From Paragordius varius (Eukaryota; Animalia; Nematomorpha), in NCBI GenBank assembly GCA_964247055.1, contig OZ176056.1, forward strand, positions 3,658,001-3,722,000: a stretch of DNA of 64,000 bases, written 5' to 3'. This document shows positions 12,873 through 26,500 of the stretch, in pieces; within the stretch, counting starts at the first letter, position 1; every line of letters starts with the position of its first letter. The notes beneath the pieces are model-generated. The model had not been told where the DNA came from and did not search any database. It saw only the letters and a list, made by a program, of their open reading frames with translations. Made by a program: the position numbers and the translations under genes.

Positions 12873-14384
12873 TATAGATAATAATAATCATAATTTTTGC
12901 TATTTTTAATTAGGCTTTTGTGGAAAATCACTCAATTCAACTTGATAAAAAAAAGTTAAATACCATAAAATATATGATCTAGTCTGAAAATCTTTATTTC
13001 CAAATTGTTTTTTTCCGTAAATATCATAAATTTTATCAAATTATTAATGGAAATTGGTTAATAATTTCTTAATAAAACTGTAATATTTTTTTTCAATGCG
13101 GGTTTTAAAAAAGGAAATTTATGTCCTTTAATCTAAAAGGTTGATATAATCTATTCAATCAACCTGAACCTTCATCTAATTGATTTTTTTTGATAATCTG
13201 ATATTCATTACTTTTTTCAAGCCTTTTTAGTGGAGTTTAGGGGCTAAGTATACGGAGGCTATATAATCGCCGTTCTCATATGGACCTAAAAATTAATGCA
13301 CTTTTTTAAATATTGAATTTGATTATTATTGTTATTAATATTCATATGATTTAGCAGTAGTTGTGTAAGATTTATCTTAATAAAATTTTTAATTACTAAT
13401 CTTAATGACTTAATTTGCAAATTATCGATAATAGTTAAAGACCTAATTTATATTCTCTTTTCCCATTTTTAAAGTAAAGCGTTATAAAGTATTATTTTTT
13501 AAAGATATTTCATAAAATTTCAAAAAATACAAGCATTTAAGAAAATTCTATCTTAGCCATCAGTTTTCTTGATTTCGCGAGCTATCTTTTTAATTTTTTG
13601 TAATACAAACATGTGACCAACCCTAGCAGTACTTGAGATGGAAAAAAGCGAATTTATAGCGGAATTCTTAAAAAATTAGATGCAAGTTCAAACGTTAAGA
13701 ATTAAATAAATTTTTTTAATTAAAAATCGATTAGTATTTTTAAATTTTGCATTTCATAAGCTTTGCTTAAGTCGAAACTTATTGAAACACAAGCTTACAA
13801 AAGTAATTATATGATATTGTAAAATTTTCATTCTTATTTAAAGACAAAAATATACTGCAAACCAAATTTTCGGATTTTGATGCATAAATATGAAAATGAG
13901 AACTACGTTTTTGCTAAATTTAACTTATATAAAATGGATGTGAAATTGTTTGATTTATTAACCATTGTTAAACTTCCAATAAAACAATAATATAAGTTAT
14001 GACTATTATTGAGAATTCGGTAAAATATTTTATATATGAAAAAATCTTATAAGTAACTGAAAAAAACAACAATAAAACAAAAATTTTAGTTGAAGAGAAA
14101 AAAGTTTGTATAAATTTATTTAATAAAGACGTTCCATGTATCATTATCCTCTATCCTTGTTATCTGTTAAAGTTACGTTAAATTTCTCTATTGGTTCTCT
14201 TTGGGTAATTATTATAAATGGTACAATTAACATAGTAAAAACGTTATTTCCAAAAATGTTCTGCATATATAAAAATAATCATTAGGCGTTTACATTAATC
14301 AAGGTACTATATGGAACCTTACACATCTCTGGATATAAGTATTATTATAAATAGCTCATAGTTCACCTGGTTCACACTTTGCCA

Positions 14385-14720
14385 AATTGCATAAAACATT
14401 TCGCAACCTTTTTTTATTGTTTACTAGGTGTATTCATAACTTTTAAATAATTTTGGAAAAAAAATCAATTAATTATTTTCCAAATATATTTATCCTTCCA
14501 TACATTTCGCCTTTGTTTCACATATATCAATGCCGTCCATAAAAACAGATTTTGCGGCAAGCCATTTGTCAGGCCATTTTCAACTTGTAAATATTAAACT
14601 GTTGTGCGAGCGTATGGCCCATTGATGCAAAGAGATAATAGTCAAGGAGAGCCAGGTCAGGAGAAACAGCGAATGCGGAAGAAGTTCCCATCAAAGCAAT
14701 TTCGAATTGTTTTCACTAGT
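14385..14720 (-). mobile_element. Mariner relic, 3' part (split by hAT insertion)
   Basis: Minus strand encodes WELLPH..SPDL..DYYLFASMGHTLAQQ..KW..KWLAAK, matching Mos1 WEVLPHAAYSPDLAPSDYHLFASMGHALAEQ. Confidence 0.8.
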
Positions 14721-14728
14721 TTTTAGAG

Positions 14729-16770
14729 CAGTGGTACTCACCAAAAAAATTTGACGGGCCAAATTAAATATATTTTTTTTTCGAGGGCCATGAACCTTAT
14801 AATGGCAGATATTCCATAGTTATTTGACACATAAGCACATAATACTCTAAATTAGCACAATGAATTTTTTGCGGATCATATGTAAATCCAGCTAAAAACT
14901 CGTTTTGCGCCATTTAGTTTAACAATTAAAATATATTGATAACAACATTTATTTTGTTATTAACCAATAATTTTTGACAAATTTGGTTTCGCCTCATGAC
15001 AGGCCAATCTTAATACGTCGTCTATATTATCATCGGTTCGATTGTATGCATTCTTGACATACTTCATTTTTAAATATGCCGTCTCGCATGTGCAAGTTGA
15101 GGGAAAAACAGTTAGGATAACTTGAGCACTTTTTTTTATAATTCTATATTTATTAGGCACATCTTGCCCGCTTTCTTCTGTATGATTCTCCTTAAAAACA
15201 GCCTCCGATTCGGTATCATTTTTAAAATCTACGAATTCTTCAATGATAGACGCCTGATCAAAACCGAAATGCTCAAGTTGCTTAATATTCGATATATCCA
15301 TATACCATGGATTTTCAACGAGTTTTAAGCAATTTTTAATATTTAAATCATGAAATCTAAATTTTATCTTATTAGGTAAAAATATTGAATGATTGTCTAT
15401 TATCAAATTAATCTCCTGGTAAATTCCATATTTTCTTTATGAAACGTTTTAAGTGTAATATAGGAGGGCTTTATTAATAAAATCTTGTTTATATTTATTA
15501 TTTTTTTTGCAAAATTTGACTAGCAAAATGGGTTATTATTTCGCTCCCTTGAAGACTTGTATTAAAAATACTAAGATTATAAATAATATCGCAAAGGTAA
15601 ACTAATAAAACCCACCATTTATCACTATTGATACCGTTAAACATTCTGTTATCTTTTATAAATAATAGAATTTCATGTCTTAAAACAAAAGTTATTTAAT
15701 TTGCTAAGGCTTAGCCATCTCACAGCGGTGTACAAAAGAATATCACCAAATTCACTGTGGATATCTTTCAGATTTTAAATTTTCTGCCACGGATTGTTGA
15801 TAGACATTTCTTCAATGCGTCGAGCCCATATTGGATCAGAAAGTTGAAGTTTTTAATTTGCTTCATGTTTTAATCTTTATTATGGAAATCAAATAAAAAG
15901 TCAACCATTTATTAGACATTCTTTTATTAGTTGGGAATGAGTAAACGGTTTCATATTTTTTCCTAAATATAAAAATTTTATACGAAGCTCTTTTTCCTGG
16001 GAGAAAGCTATGGACATAATAGATTTTTCTTTCTGGTATAATTCCTTAGTCTTTTTATATTTTTCGTTTCTTTCCTAATGATTTTCTGGTAATTAAGGAG
16101 AATGGATTGTAAAATGTCTTTCAATATTGTATTTTTTTATAATTATGTTGTCCTTATATATAAAACAGGAACAAGATTTTTTATTTAAAACGACAGAGTA
16201 TTTTTCTTCCCATTCTTTTTTAAAATAGCGATTTTATCGGATAATTTACGTTTTTAGCATAAGATGTCACATCCTTTAAATTATGTTTAAATATTATGTT
16301 AATTTTTTTAATAAAATACGAATATAATTGAATATGCTATAATATAACACTTGGAAATCTAATGACGTTAAGTTGAAAATATTTTATGGGAATGATTTAT
16401 AAAAAACGATGCAGGATAGCAATGAAATGAACATGAATATGCAAGTTTGGGTAAAAGGCTTGCTTAAATACAAAAAAGAAATGCATTAAAAATTTTAAAA
16501 TAGAAAAGTAATAGAATTCAGAAATAGAAACAACGTGTGCCAAAATTTTGAAATCATTTTCCTGTGGGGGAATTCTTCTACATTTTAAGTAAAAAATATA
16601 AATTACCAAAATTAATCTAAATAAAAGTAATATTAAAATAAGCGAAAATTTTATGTGTATTTTAAAAATTCATCGATAAAAATAACTTGAGTATCAATAT
16701 GGCCATAGGGCAATTTTATAGCACCCTTAGGGCCGCATGCGGCCCGCGGGCCGCGGTTTGAGTATCACTG
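14729..16770 (-). mobile_element. Internally deleted hAT transposon (Buster/SPIN/Charlie-like), 2042 bp
   Basis: TIR CAGTGGTACTCA / TGAGTATCACTG with perfect 8-bp TSD TTTTAGAG (14721-14728, 16771-16778). Minus-strand remnants EWEEKY..KYNIERHF, RRIEEMS, FGDILLYTAVRWLS and the C-terminal VFPSTCTCETAY dimerisation motif. Confidence 0.93.
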
Positions 16771-16778
16771 TTTTAGAG

Positions 16779-17370
16779 TGTGAGACGTAGCATTGTCATG
16801 TAGCTAAATGACTTTGCCATTTATGTTTGGCATGGTTTACTAAATTTTTTGTTGGCGATAGCGTTATGTATTAACGGTTTCCTCAGGCTTTAATTCATAT
16901 AACATATCCTTTCAGTCCCAAAGACACAGAGCATGGTTTTTTTGCCGAAGCGATTTTACTTTGATGTTATTAAACCGGCTTGGCAAGGTAAATTGCGATT
17001 TTCGATTTCTTATCATTCGAATTGTTTGGAACCATTTGCTGAGTTTATTGCTCTTTCCCATTGTAGACGTCTGTTGATTGTTTTTTGCATGTAATCCGTC
17101 TGCAAACCGCTGTTGATGTTCAGACCTTTCAATAACTCTTGCACGTCTTGGCAGTTATGTGGGTTACCAGAACGCCCATTGTTTTTCACATTGAAGTCAC
17201 AATTCCATTGAAACCATGTACATCTTTTAAAAGATAACCATATAATTCTACCAAATTATATGCTGCAACTGTTAACTGTACGTTATCGGGTGCATAATTA
17301 GACATGATTATTAAATGATAAAAAAAGACGCTACCTTTTGGTGGATGTAAATTATAGGAGTTTGTAGTCT
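16779..17370 (-). mobile_element. Mariner relic, 5' part (continuous with 14385..14720 if the hAT is removed)
   Basis: Decayed WVPHEL-region similarity on the minus strand. Sequence near 17330-17370 resembles the end of the relic at 29880-29915. Confidence 0.65.
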
Positions 17371-17410
17371 TAAAGAATTAGAATTTATGCGTTCTATATA
17401 TAGTAAACGT

Positions 17411-17434
17411 CTCTCTCTCTCTCTCTCTCTCTCT
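17411..17434. repeat. (CT)12 microsatellite
   Basis: Direct reading. Confidence 0.95.
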
Positions 17435-18738
17435 ATAATGACTATAAAATTTTGGTGCAAATATATGCTTAGACTAACTACAATTTATACTTTCCATAAA
17501 TAAATATAAAATGATGAACGGTGAGCCCCTTTGTAACTTATCAGTTTGAAAATTTGTTTCATTTACTTAAAAGGGTTATTGCTAACACATAATTAAGTAG
17601 CGAAATATATTTAAAATTATCATCCTAATTTTTGGAAAGACGTCCACTCTTTGAATGGAAGACTGGTAGAGAGGCTCTCTACATCTAAACATTTTTGGTT
17701 TTTAATGTACCTTTATATTATCCAATATCAAATTTTTATACTTACCTTTTTTGTGTAATTCGACTGAATAATTAAGCTACATAAAACGACGAACTTCTTG
17801 CAGATATTATTGTAAAAAGTGATTAATTTTTTAGAGAGCCTTTCCCATTCTTTTCATTAGGGAATTTTGTGTTTAACTTTTTTGAATTCAACCATCAGTT
17901 CTCCACATTTTAGCAAATATATTAAAAGAGAGTATCAAAATACTCTATACTTAATAATGCAAAAATATATACTCGTTATTAAGCCATGTTTACGGTACTC
18001 AAATTATTTTTATATCTCAAAATTATAATCTTGTTAAACACTCATTGCCGTTTTGTGCATTAAGTAATCCAGAAAATACAATATTCTTTTATTTATAGTA
18101 CTACCAAAAACCTACACAATCTATCATGTCCTTACAAAATGATTTTTACCATTAATGCAAAACCAAGTTTTAAAAAATAAAATTACCGCAGAAAAAAATT
18201 AACTGTTAATAGTTTACATAAAACAATGTAACGAAAAGGTATTTTAAAAGCCTTGACACAATACAAACTATATCAATGAAGCTATCATTAATTTAAACAA
18301 TATAAAACAACGGTGGAAAAATTATTTTATCACATTCTTCCCTGTATTCGAACTATAAATCGCCTGCACATAATATAAGGTCGGGTGTGGGTTTATACCA
18401 TAAAAACAAAAGACTTTATTAGTTAGTTAGGTATTCTTGTAAGATCGACTTGGTGAACAATTTAAGAAAGTGAAGACTTTGGATATATTGCAAATTGTTG
18501 GAAAAAAACCATAGCGTTACTTTAAATGCTAGATGGTTTTTTAATTCACTTAACAAATATCATTAGAGACTAAACTTTGACAGAGAGAGTTGTGGTGTTG
18601 TGATATCAATTTTTAAAAAATATAATAATTTTATATGGCATTCATCCTGACAAAGATTCATAAGTTATCTCATTAATTTATTTTTCTTTTAACAATTGTT
18701 GGTCTATATAAACCAAACACACATAGCAATTATATATA

Positions 18739-19054
18739 CCATTTACAGTTCAAATTCACCCTTGAACAATTCAACTTCACCCTTGAACAATTCAAATTCA
18801 CCTTCGAACAATTCAAACCCTAAAAATAAATTATGTCGAACTAGTATAATTCATTATTAATATGAAATATATGTTTATGGTATAGTTTATTATTTTTTCA
18901 GTATTATTTTAATTTAAAAAAACTTTTACTTTTGAAAAATATATAAAATATAGGTAATTTTTAATCTTAAAAAACATATATTTTATTTGAGGGTGAATTT
19001 GAATTGTTCAAGGGTGAATTTAAATTGTTTAAGGGTGAATTAAACTGTAAATGG
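18739..19054. mobile_element. MITE with 21-bp subterminal tandem repeats (three units per end)
   Basis: Termini CCATTTACAG / CTGTAAATGG flanked by TATA on both sides. The interior is reverse-oriented relative to 30358..30749. Confidence 0.9.
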
Positions 19055-19439
19055 TATATTTATAGCTACAAATATAAACATTATTTTTCATTGCGAACTA
19101 ATTTAGGCATCATTGTATTTTTTTTCTCTATAACTTACTCATATATTAAAAAAAATTGGTCAAATCTGCGAGCGCATTCCTATAATGCAAATAGGGTATT
19201 TAGATATTAAATATTTTATAAATAGCACAGACACATAATATCTTAAAATATACATTTTCTTTAAGAATTAACCAAGTTTTGATCCTTTTGGTTGGGTCTG
19301 GATCTAAGGAAATTACAAATATTTGTGGTAATATCTTAATATGTAAAAATCGCAAATTCGCCCACATTATGCTAAATAATTTTTGAGTAAAAGTTTGCTA
19401 CATACCAAAATTTTAAATATATCATACCCCATATTTAAG

Positions 19440-19590
19440 CAATCATTTGATTAACACTTGGATACAAAACATTCATTTCAGTCCTTCGATTAAAATTGGG
19501 GTAGTTGGATACCCCAGGCCTGTCTAAAAAAATTCAGAAAATATGGTAGGAATCGAAACCACGGCAAAAGTTTGCACTTGTTTAATATTA
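19440..19590 (-). repeat. Dispersed repeat fragment, inverted homologue of ~36400..36550
   Basis: The reverse complement (CAAGTGCAAACTTTTGC..CCTGGGGTATCCAACTACCCCAATTTTAATCGAAGGACTGAAATGAATGTTTTGTATCCAAG) aligns by eye with 36417-36546. Confidence 0.65.
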
Positions 19591-20500
19591 AGGAATCAAA
19601 ATATGAAAAAAAAATTATTCTAAAATACTTGATATTAATTATTTTATGGGAAAACTCAAAAGTAAAAATTTAGTCAACGTGACATGTGTGCATGACTAAA
19701 ATTTAAAAATAATACAAAATAAACCACCTTTTCTGTTTCTCTCAATGTTAGATGTGATTATAATAAAAAGATAGCTATTATTTTAGATCTATAAAATAAA
19801 CACGATAATGTGCTAAAATGTTGTAAAATAAAAATAGCGTCGAAGTAGTTTGATATGGAACTTTTTCTTTAAACTAAATTCATTTAGATATTTCGACTTA
19901 TTTATATAATTTTTATTAGGAAAGCATAAATTTAAATTGGCTTAAATATAGCCTCGGGTATTTATAAACCCCAATTTAAATCGAAGTGTTAGATATTATT
20001 TAACGTACAAAATTTTGCGTTTCCATAAAAAAGAATACCACAGTTATAAATAACTTTTAAGGCTATCAAAAGCACCAGAAAATCCTAAATCCTTTCAACA
20101 TATATATATATATATATATATATATCAAGATATTTATATCCCCTGATTTTGTGCACTCTTTGTACAAACAGTGGAAAACATATAATTTGTTTCATTTTTA
20201 AGTGTTTTCAAATATTTTTTATAAGGCCACAAATTGTTGCTACTGGTTTTAAAGATGTTATAACGAAAATGGATACGCCGTTTTGATATAATAGTTATAG
20301 ATTACGGCAAAAATATCAAAATATAAATTATTAAGGATACATATCATAATTTATTTTAAATTAGTCCTTGATGAAATCTAAATAATAATAATTATTTATG
20401 ATGATAATAATTTAATAAAAGGATAAATATTTGGTAACAAAATCGTAAAACTTAGGCTTAATATTAATAAATTTAATTGCACTGTAAAGACATATAATTA

Positions 20501-22075
20501 TTAATATGGTATGTATCCCGATCCTGCATAATCATATTTGTTTTGGGGTTTTTTCGGAGGCTTGACGACTGTTAAATCAATGCGATCAAAAATCTATCAT
20601 TTCGAAAATATTCAAAAATTATCAACTACCGATTAGGTTTAAGATGACCATAAGAAGTATCTTAAATAAAAATTTAATAAATATTAATTGATTTAGATAG
20701 TTACCAGTAAAAATGTGCCAATTTAATAGACACCATCTTTAATACATTATCAACAAAATAACATTTTTTCAAGCTTACAAAATATTTAGTTTTGACCATT
20801 ATCCATTACTTTTTGGGGTAGTTTTAGATCCCAGAGCGATTTCAAATTTGAATATATCTTGAAAAGTATTTAAGTATTTAAGCCGAATTCAAAAATATGG
20901 TTATTTCTATAGCCTTTTAGGGGCATTATACAAAAAAATTTTTAATCTAAAATTGTAGACATTTCCTCATCTTAAACTTTTTGCTGCCATTTTTCTATAA
21001 ATGCACCAGGCAAATAAATATATATTATGATAAAAATGCAAACAATTAATTGGTTATTTTACTAGAATATTTTGAGTCTAATATCAGCTGTTCGTCTCAA
21101 TTTTTGGAGCTGTCTCAGTTTTAGATTTTAGATATAACAAAACTGTAAAAAAGATAAACTTTTTTTATTTAATACATAAAAACACAACTGATAATTTTAC
21201 TAAATTTACTAAACTTTCAAAACTGAAGTTTATAAACAAAATTGAGCTCTTGGATAAAACACACCAATATGTAATTAGCAAAAAGAAAAAGGTCAATAAT
21301 TGTTAATTTCCTGTTAAAAAAATATTTAAAATAAATCATTTTACAAAAAAACAGTCAGCAGGTGGATTTAATAAGAAATTTCAAATAATAATATGTTGAA
21401 ACGGTAAAATCATATCTAAAACCAAACAATTGTCGTCTATGTTAATACCAAAACATAAACGTCTCTAATATTCTTTCACACTTGTTTATAGAAGATACAT
21501 TGATATTACTTAAGTTATACTAATCCAATTATCCAGGTCTTAATTCAACATAATTTGAAAGTTTCTAGCACTTGGGAAATTAGATATCCTTTTAAAATAA
21601 CACTTACATTTCTTTTCGGTTTTAAAACGGGTGTATATTTGATGATCTTGCTTCTCCTACCAAACTTACTAATGTTTGCAGCGATTTTTTTTCCTCCTTT
21701 CAAAGATGGAAGGATAGAATCTACGCGTCGAAATTCCATATTTTTTTCTGCTCTATTTGTCATAGTTGAATTAACTATCGTATAAATCCGACGAACGGTT
21801 TTATAAAGTCCTGGTTGTTTCGAATCATTGCGTTTGACATTAATAGAGGGTGGTGGTTTCGACTGCGGACCGGAGCGCTGCTTACCTGTCGGGATTACTT
21901 TTGTATCAAAACTCCAATCTTCATCCAAAGTCGGTTTTGGTGATTTTCCCTCTGAAATGTATTGAAGCGAAGTGGATTTATCAGTTATGGCGGGAGAAAT
22001 TATTGGTGACAATATGATCATAATTAATGGAACGAAAGTAAGGAAGGACCAAAAATTTCTTGATTTGCCTGGCAT
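20501..22075 (-). CDS. Putative orphan secreted Lys/Pro/Arg-rich protein; exon 22075-21608 plus tentative last exon 20593-20501
   Basis: Long, relatively GC-rich ORF with signal-peptide-like MPGKSRNFWSFLTFVPLIMIILSPIISPA and a consensus donor AAT|GTAAGT at 21607. An in-phase acceptor exon IFDRIDLTVVKPPKKPQNKYDYAGSGYIPY* lies downstream. No recognisable homology; the 3' structure is uncertain. Confidence 0.55.
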
Positions 22076-22982
22076 GGAGATATGTTGAAATAATAATAAT
22101 ATAATTTTTTGCACACTTAATGAGGTTTGTTCATGCAATTGGTTAAATATGATATTTTTAAATGTAGCATATTAAGTATAAGTTAAGGTGTAAAATCAAA
22201 TTAGTCGGTTATATTATAATTGTTTGTTTGGTTTAAAAAATATTTGTAATGGTTCCGTTAATTGGTATTGTGTATGAAGGTAATGGTAAACCACTCTTAG
22301 TGATACACAATTAAAGAAGCTTGTTTATATTTGGCCAAATAGTTTATAAATTAAATGTTTATAAAAATCTACGAAACTTCTAAAATTTTTAATGGCTAAA
22401 ATTTGGTCTTCATTCAAAATATGATTTTATATATCGGGATGAGCATGAGGCCTAAAATATTTACTATAAAAGCTTTAGAGCAAATGTTTGGGACCTGTTT
22501 TAATATAATTTGGAGGATTTAAGGGTTTTTTGCAGGATCGTTTTGATAAAAAGGGAGCCAATTGCAAGCTTCTTCGCATGATTATTTCACCTATATTTTC
22601 CATTAATGTATATATATATTTTTTAGCTGCTTTTACTATTAATTATTTTTATTAAAATATATAATGATAAATATATAGCCATGTTAAGCAATATTTGGAT
22701 AAAATATTTTTATAATATTAATAATGATGTCGAAATTACAAGTTTAGCTAATATTTAATTACAGCACGGCACATTATTGTTGGGAATTTGTAATACCGTA
22801 GCGTATAGGTTAAAAACAATGAATGATAGAAATTACAATTTATTCCTATCTTACTGCATTAAATTTTATTAAATAGTTTACAATATTGACCGACATTAAA
22901 CTTATTACCTGAGTGTTCTGTGTCAACTCCTGAGTTAAATGAAAATTAAACGATAGAGAAGGATTAGTTTTTTTGTCGAAAG

Positions 22983-23258
22983 CAGGAATGTCCAACATGG
23001 CTTCACGCGCCCCATTTTTGGATCAAAAAATCCGATCGACCGCATAAAATATATTGACAAATTTTTATTTGATTTCAAACATAAGACTGTTTAAATCTAC
23101 TACTTTTTTAACAATTTTCGCTAGCTCTCCGAATTCGGCTAAATCAGAAAAATTGTAGTTAAGAAAACCATTTATACCTAGATTTTGTTACATTTTGTAT
23201 TTAAAATTTCGCGCGGGCTTCAAAAATATATTAGAGGGCCGAGTGTTGGACACATCTG
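22983..23258. mobile_element. Old hAT-type MITE
   Basis: Imperfect TIR CAGGAATGTCCAAC / GTTGGACACATCTG with GC-rich subterminal motifs; the 8-bp flanks match at only 5/8. Confidence 0.55.
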
Positions 23259-23301
23259 ATCTTAAGATATCTAATGAAAAAAAAATTATTAGGTTTAATA
23301 G

Positions 23302-23569
23302 TGATATGTAGTGGATACTACAACGTTGCATCATTATATTTTCTTACATCATTTTATTATATTAATCGCATCTGGCGTTTATGTTTGTGCGTCATTATTC
23401 GTGGAATTCTTATATATATATTCGTAGAATAAAAGACATATTCTTACAATTGTGACGCACATGCATGTTAAAATTATCATTAATTAAAAAGTATAAATAT
23501 CACGAAATTCTTAAAAATTATTATTGTTTTGTATTTTCATCACCGATTCGTAATATTCGATACATAATA
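23302..23569 (+). repeat. 5' LTR (268 bp, TG...TA)
   Basis: Appears identical to the 3' LTR except for an extra 17 bp and a 1-bp indel. Confidence 0.95.
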
Positions 23570-23586
23570 TTCTGTCGACGAAGACG

Positions 23587-26500
23587 ATGGATAAAATTTC
23601 AATCGAAGGATACGATGACAATTATGATTTTGCCACCTATATTAGATATGTCAAAAGAGTTATGATCTCCAAAAATGTTGATATTAATGATGATAATATC
23701 AAAGTACTGTTTTTGGCTGGAGCTGGTCTTAAAACAATTAATAAGATCGAAACAATGATTTTTCCGGAATCAATTGATGATGCTCCTTGGTCTAAAATTC
23801 ATGACATTGGTCTTAAACTTTTCTCACCTGCCAAGTCTGTCTTCGCTGCAAGGTTTGAGTTTGCTCGTTTGCGGAGAAATGATGGAGAAACATTCACGGA
23901 ATTTTTGCAAAGAGTCAAGAGTGTGGCGGAAAAGGCTGAATTTCGAACAGAGGTGGAGGAGAGAATTAGAGACAGTTTTGTGGCTGGATTAAACTTGCAA
24001 TCATTGGAAGTGGATCTTTATTCACGATTCTCCATGCGAAGTGTGATGGGAAGGCGGTGTCATTAACCACCATTGTCGACATGGCCTTGGCTCAGGAACT
24101 TGCAAGGGCCGATATTGCCTCCCATGTGTCGTCAAGCAGTATCCTTAAAATTCAAAAGAATCGGTCGAATGATAATAATAATAATAATAATAATCATAAG
24201 AGTAATAATATGGAATATAAAAATGATGATGGCAATAATAATAAATGGAAGCGGAGATGTAGCAAATATGGTAAATCGCATATACCAAAACAATGTCCCG
24301 CGTTCGGAAAAATATGCCACAATTGTAATAAAAAAAATCATTTTCAGGCAATGTGTCGCCATAAGAAACGATATAGTGATAATATAAACGCTAATTATAA
24401 TAAATGGGGCACACAAGCGAACATTTGCGCTATGATTAATGGCCAAGCTGTCAGTATGGTTTTTGATACTGGAGCTGCTGCTTCTTTGATTAATAAAAAT
24501 GTTTGGAAGACGGTGGGAGCACCGTTACTAAAAAGTGCTCCCAGATTACTCTTGGGAAAAACAGTTGTCAATGTAACAATGGGAAATATTACGAAGAAAT
24601 TAGAATGTTTTGTGACGGAAGAAGAGCTATCTCCTATATTTGGGCTGCCGTGGATCATTGGTTGTGGCATGACCTTACCGGATAACGTGAGTGTTAATCA
24701 AATAACATCTAATAATAATAATGGTCATGACAATGTATTCAAGCGATTTCCAAAACTCTTTAACGGGAAATTGGGTTGTTACAACGGTGATCCTGTCAAA
24801 TTGTATGTCCGATCAGATGCAATACCAAAAGTCTGCGCTGCACGGCGAATTCAATTGGCACTACAGAGTAAAGTAGAGATGGAAATACAGAGACTATAGA
24901 CCTGGAAATAGTGAGTCCCGTAGATCCAACACAACACCATGTGGAATGGGCGACTCCTACGGTTAACGTCGTAAAAACTAATGGGGAAATTAGGGTGTGC
25001 GCTGATTTCCGGGTAACTATCAATTCTTTGATGGAGAACATATCTCAGATTATCCCGACATTTGACACGATCGCGTCTAAATGTGCGGGATCCACATGGT
25101 TCTCGTCCATTGATTTAAAGGACGCATACCTTCAAATTCCGGTGGATGTGGAAAGTAAAAAATATTTAGTTATTACTACCCCGATGGGATATTTCCAATT
25201 TAATCGCCTACCATTTGGATTGAAGGTTTCTCCTATGCTTTTCCAGAGAATAATGGATGAGGTACTCAAAGATTGCAGGGGCACAATGGCTTATCTCGAC
25301 GATGTTTTGATTGTTGGTAAAACGAAAGAGGAACACGATAGAAATCTGAGCGAGACCTTAGCAAAGTTACAAAAATGCGGGTTTACACTAATAAAAGATA
25401 AATTAAAACTGTATCAGAAGAATATAAAATTTTTGGGGTTTGAGTTATCAAAACAGGGAATCCGCCCTGTACAAGATAAGCTCGACGCCATTGCTAAATG
25501 TGCAACACCCACCAATAAAACTGAGTTAAGATCATTTTTGGGTTTGCTCAATTTTTATGAACGTTTTATTCCTGGTTTACATATCAAAGTTAGTAATCTA
25601 CATGCACTAACAGGATCCAAAAAGGAATGGAGATGGTCACAAGAACATCAAAATGAATTCAAGCAAGCAAAAAACTTAATATCAAGAGAATCTTTACTTG
25701 CCACTTATAACATAAATAATAAAACAATAATACAAGTGGATGCGTCCACAAAAGGCTTTGGAGCTGTACTTCTGCAAATGGAGAATAAGAGAATGGTACC
25801 AATTGCATTCGCATCAAGAAAATGCCAGAATGCAGAGAAAAATTATTCTGTGATTGAATTGGAAACCAAGGTTTTGTTATTTGGTTTAGAAAAATTCCAT
25901 TATTATATTTATGGACAGAAATGTGAGGTCTGGTCAGATCATAAGCCGTTGGTTCATTTCGGAAACAATCTGAAGTTAAGTGATATTAAAAACTGTAAAT
26001 TGTTAAGATGGATCTACAAGGCCGCCGCGTATGATTTTGATATGAAATATATTGCGGGATCGACAAACATGGCCGATGTGTTTTCAAGACTTCCCGAAAA
26101 GAGTCAGACATCCGTAGACAATGATGATGAATATGTGGCCGAAAAAATCCGACAAATCGCATTCGTGGATTTAAATTTAAATAAAACGCAAATAAAAAAA
26201 GATTGTTTGGAGGATAAACTGTTAAAACAACTACGTATGGCACTTAAAAATAATGATTGGTCAACACCGGAATTATCCGCATTCAAACCCGTTAGAAATG
26301 ATCTCAAACAAGCCGATGGTTTCGTTGGTGATCGGTTGGTTATCCCAACAGTTGCACGAAGACTAATTTTGGCTTGGTTTCATGTTGGACATCCGGGTAT
26401 CGTTGCTATGAAAAACACAGCCAGGTCGGTGGTGTTTTGGCCCGGAATGGATAAGGACATTGAAAAGTTAGTACACGACTGTCAGTGTTGTCAGAGGAAC

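Noticed and set aside
17640-17900. Exon-like minus-strand segment with a GTAAGT donor
   Set aside because: The frames on either side of the putative 35-nt intron do not join without stops, and there is no homology.
19450-19530. IKIGVVGYP resembling the G1 region of a GNL3-type GTPase
   Set aside because: It is followed by a stop with no GKS, and the segment belongs to a dispersed repeat also found at ~36.4-36.55 kb.
24073-24446. Overlapping poly-Ile and poly-Tyr ORFs
   Set aside because: They are alternative-frame readings of the (AAT)n tract within gag-pol.
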